A stretch of DNA of 64,000 nucleotides from Mycobacteriales bacterium. Lineage in GTDB: Bacteria; Actinomycetota; Actinomycetes; JAFAQI01. The translations under genes were made by a program, and so were the position numbers. The stretch's first letter is position 1. Each line of letters opens with the position of its first letter. This document shows positions 61,671 to 64,000 of the stretch, in pieces. The stretch spans positions 10,923 to 74,922 of the forward strand of contig DASZTL010000091.1 in NCBI GenBank assembly GCA_035548055.1, written 5' to 3'. The notes below the pieces were generated by a model, which saw only the letters and a list, made by a program, of their open reading frames with translations, was not told the DNA's origin and ran no database searches.

Positions 61671-62369
61671 ATGAAGCGTTCCGCGTTCGCGGTCGCGGCG
61701 ACCGCAGCTGCGCTGCTGGCCTCGCCGTCTGCCGCCGTCGCGGCGCCGGCAACGCACAGTTCGATCTTCGCCGGCTACGTGGTGTCGAAGCCGAGCGCGC
61801 ACATCAAGAACGTGACCGCGACCTTCGAAGTGCCGAGCATCACGTGCGAGCACGAGCTCGGCGGCGTCGGGCCGTCCGTTCTCCTGTATTCGAAGGTGAA
61901 CCCGCGCACCGGCTCGCATCGGACGTCAGGCGGTGGCATCGGCGTGGCTTGTCAGAACGGGGCCGCGTTCTACCAGTCGGTGTTCATCGTCAACGACAAG
62001 ACGGTCGAGGGGGGCTTGGTCACGTTCACGCCCGGCGATGTCGTCGTGGTGTCGGTCCGAGTGACCCGGGCCGCCAGCACGGTCACGATCGAGGACACGA
62101 CCACGGGCGTCTCGAGGTCGCACACCGGTCACGGCAAGGTCGCGAGCCAGTCCTTCATCGGGGACAACGCGGTCAACGTCGACGGGGTGAGGGGCGAGCT
62201 CAATCCCTTCACGAAGACCCGCGTCACCCGGGTTCGCATCGACGGCACTCCGTTGGGCGAGAACCATCCCGACCGCTTCGTGTGGGTGCGCGGCGGCTCG
62301 ACATTGGTCGCCACCAGCCGACTGACCGCGGGCGAGAACTTCACCCTCACCTTTCGTAACGGCGGCTGA
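61671..62369 (+). CDS. Secreted hypothetical protein (possible peptidase G1/eqolisin-like beta-sandwich)
   Basis: ATG 61671 lies 7 nt after GGAGGA. Signal peptide is MKRSAFAVAATAAALLASPSAAVA. The mature N-terminus SSIFAGYVV..NVTATFEVPSITC resembles the NWxGY..W.VP pattern of G1 peptidases. The family call is weak. Confidence 0.6.
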   Translation: MKRSAFAVAATAAALLASPSAAVAAPATHSSIFAGYVVSKPSAHIKNVTATFEVPSITCEHELGGVGPSVLLYSKVNPRTGSHRTSGGGIGVACQNGAAFYQSVFIVNDKTVEGGLVTFTPGDVVVVSVRVTRAASTVTIEDTTTGVSRSHTGHGKVASQSFIGDNAVNVDGVRGELNPFTKTRVTRVRIDGTPLGENHPDRFVWVRGGSTLVATSRLTAGENFTLTFRNGG

Positions 62370-62375
62370 TACCGC

Positions 62376-63563
62376 ATGAGCCGCACCGTCGTGATCCTCG
62401 GTTCGACCGGGTCGGTCGGGACCCAGGCGATCGATGTGGTGCGCGCGAACCCGGACTCGTTCCGCGTGGTGGGGCTGGCCGCCGGCGGCGATCGTCCGAA
62501 GCTGCTGGCGGAGCAGGCGATCGAGCTGGACGTCGAGGTGGTTGCGGTCGCGAAGCCGTCAGCGCTCGAGGACGTCCAGCTCGCCCTGTACGCCGAGGCG
62601 CAAGGACGCGGCTACGACCGCGGCGCCTACCAGCTGCCGAAGCTGGTGGCCGGCCCGCAGGCCGCCACCGACATCGCCGGCTGGCCGTGCGACGTCGTGC
62701 TCAACGGAATGACGGGCTCGGTCGGTCTCGCACCGACTCTTGCTGCACTGGAGTCGGGTGCCACCCTCGCCCTCGCCAACAAGGAGTCACTGATCGCGGG
62801 CGGGCCGCTCGTGGCGAACCGGGCGAAGCCGGGACAGATCGTGCCGGTCGACTCCGAGCATTCTGCCCTCGCCCAGTGCCTGCGCGCCGGCACGGCGAGC
62901 GACGTCCGCAAGCTCGTTCTGACCGCAAGCGGCGGTCCGTTCAGAGGCCGCACGCGGGCGCAGCTGACTCAGGTGACGAGAGAACAGGCCCTCGCCCACC
63001 CGACCTGGGACATGGGTCCGGTCATCACGCTGAACTCCGCGACGCTGGTCAACAAGGGCCTCGAGCTGATCGAGGCGCATTGGCTGTTCGACGTGGCCTA
63101 CGACGCGATCGACGTCGTCGTACATCCGCAGTCGATCGTCCATTCCATGGTGGAGTACGTCGACGGCACGACGGTCGCGGTCGCGAGCCCGCCCGACATG
63201 CACCTGCCGATCTCACTCGGCCTGGCCTGGCCGGACCGTGTCATGGACGCCGGGCCCGCCCTCGACTGGACGCAGGCGGCGAGCTGGACCTTCGAGCCCC
63301 TGGACACCGCGACGTTTCCCGCCGTGGATCTCGCCCGGGAGGCGGGTCGGGCGGGGGGCACCGCACCGGCCGTCTTCAACGCGGCCAACGAAGAGGCAGT
63401 CGCGGCATTTGTGGCAGGCCGGATCGGGTTCCTGCAGATCGTTGACACCATCGCCGCGATCCTCGCCGAGCACAGCCCGGCTTCAGGTTCGGCCCTTACC
63501 CTGGACGACGTGGCGGAGGCCGAGTCCTGGGCGCGTGCCCGTGCGCGGGAGATGACGGCATGA
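62376..63563 (+). CDS. dxr: 1-deoxy-D-xylulose 5-phosphate reductoisomerase
   Basis: 395 aa, [24 protein letters not shown] and HPTWDMG. Confidence 0.93.
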   Translation: MSRTVVILGSTGSVGTQAIDVVRANPDSFRVVGLAAGGDRPKLLAEQAIELDVEVVAVAKPSALEDVQLALYAEAQGRGYDRGAYQLPKLVAGPQAATDIAGWPCDVVLNGMTGSVGLAPTLAALESGATLALANKESLIAGGPLVANRAKPGQIVPVDSEHSALAQCLRAGTASDVRKLVLTASGGPFRGRTRAQLTQVTREQALAHPTWDMGPVITLNSATLVNKGLELIEAHWLFDVAYDAIDVVVHPQSIVHSMVEYVDGTTVAVASPPDMHLPISLGLAWPDRVMDAGPALDWTQAASWTFEPLDTATFPAVDLAREAGRAGGTAPAVFNAANEEAVAAFVAGRIGFLQIVDTIAAILAEHSPASGSALTLDDVAEAESWARARAREMTA

Positions 63564-64000
63564 GCTATGCCATCGGCGTGATCGTCTTCTCGGTCGGCAT
63601 CCTGCTCTCGATCATGTTGCACGAGTACGGCCACTTCTCGACGGCCAGGCACTACGGCATGAAGGCGTCGCGGTTCTTCGTCGGCTTCGGCCCCACACTC
63701 TGGTCGACTCGGCGCGGCGAGACCGAGTACGGCGTGAAGGCGCTGCCGTTCGGCGGTTTCGTGAAGATCGACGGGATGACCGCGCTCGAGGCGGTTGACC
63801 CGGCGGACGAGGCGCGTGCCTTCTACAAGCAACCGGCCGGGCGGCGGCTCGTCGTCCTGTGCGCCGGGTCCTTCACCCATTTCGTGATGGCGATCGTGCT
63901 GGTGTTCGGAATCCTTGCCGTGACGGGCAAGGACCAGCTGGACGCCAGTCCGACGACCACGATCGACCAGGTCGAGAAGTGCGTCCCGCTGAAGGTCACC
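63560..64000 (+). CDS. M50 site-2 zinc metalloprotease (RseP/Rip1-like), 3'-truncated by the window edge
   Basis: ATG 63560 (ATGA overlap with dxr). The HEYGH zinc motif sits in the first TM helix. The ORF stays open to the window end. Confidence 0.85.
   Translation, partial: MSYAIGVIVFSVGILLSIMLHEYGHFSTARHYGMKASRFFVGFGPTLWSTRRGETEYGVKALPFGGFVKIDGMTALEAVDPADEARAFYKQPAGRRLVVLCAGSFTHFVMAIVLVFGILAVTGKDQLDASPTTTIDQVEKCVPLKVT

Overview
This is a GC-rich actinobacterial chromosome segment, and almost all of it is conserved housekeeping genes, mostly on the + strand. The gene order resembles Streptomyces and Mycobacterium (from memory, not searched). In order: leuA (5'-truncated), a receiver-only response regulator, an EamA transporter, leuB-ilvE, cimA, an AKR, an FAH-family protein, gltX, tRNA-Gln and tRNA-Glu. 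A 2.2-kb accessory islet follows, then iclR (NdgR/LtbR-like) divergent from leuCD-hup. Next come fbiD divergent from plsC-gpsA, a PLP transsulfuration enzyme, an NlpC/P60 hydrolase, ddl, DUF3515, a small Lrp domain divergent from thiL-thiD-GNAT, rpmB, and recG-rsmD-coaD. Then yceD-rpmF, an ACP-like gene, rnc-mutM, smc-ftsY, amt-glnK-amt-glnD, a degenerate SDR divergent from fadD, ffh, and rpsP-KH-rimM-trmD-rplS-lepB-rnhB. The window ends with yraN-comM-dprA-xerC-whiG, an M23 peptidase, rpsB-tsf-pyrH-frr-cdsA-rlmN, a secreted protein, dxr and an M50 protease (3'-truncated). I found no CRISPR array, rRNA, transposase, integrase or recognisable defence system. The most unusual locus is the islet next to tRNA-Glu (9907-12121), which holds an HNH endonuclease, an orphan secreted protein and a GNAT. 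A degenerate direct duplication of the iclR 3' end plus its downstream leader brackets the last two genes, and a perfect 15-bp inverted repeat encloses an 85-nt structured element. Other items worth a second look are: a leader-peptide/attenuator-like arrangement upstream of cimA; nested palindromes between eamA and leuB; a canonical double GlnR box with an atypical amt-glnK-amt-glnD layout; an orphan ACP-like gene inside the rpmF-rnc operon; an identical 26-nt palindromic element at two gene ends in opposite orientation; two divergent gene pairs whose start codons abut or overlap; and a structured rpsB leader. All functional calls rest on motif recognition by eye and remembered synteny. Start codons are often uncertain in this GC-rich DNA, and nothing here is shown to be novel without database searches.
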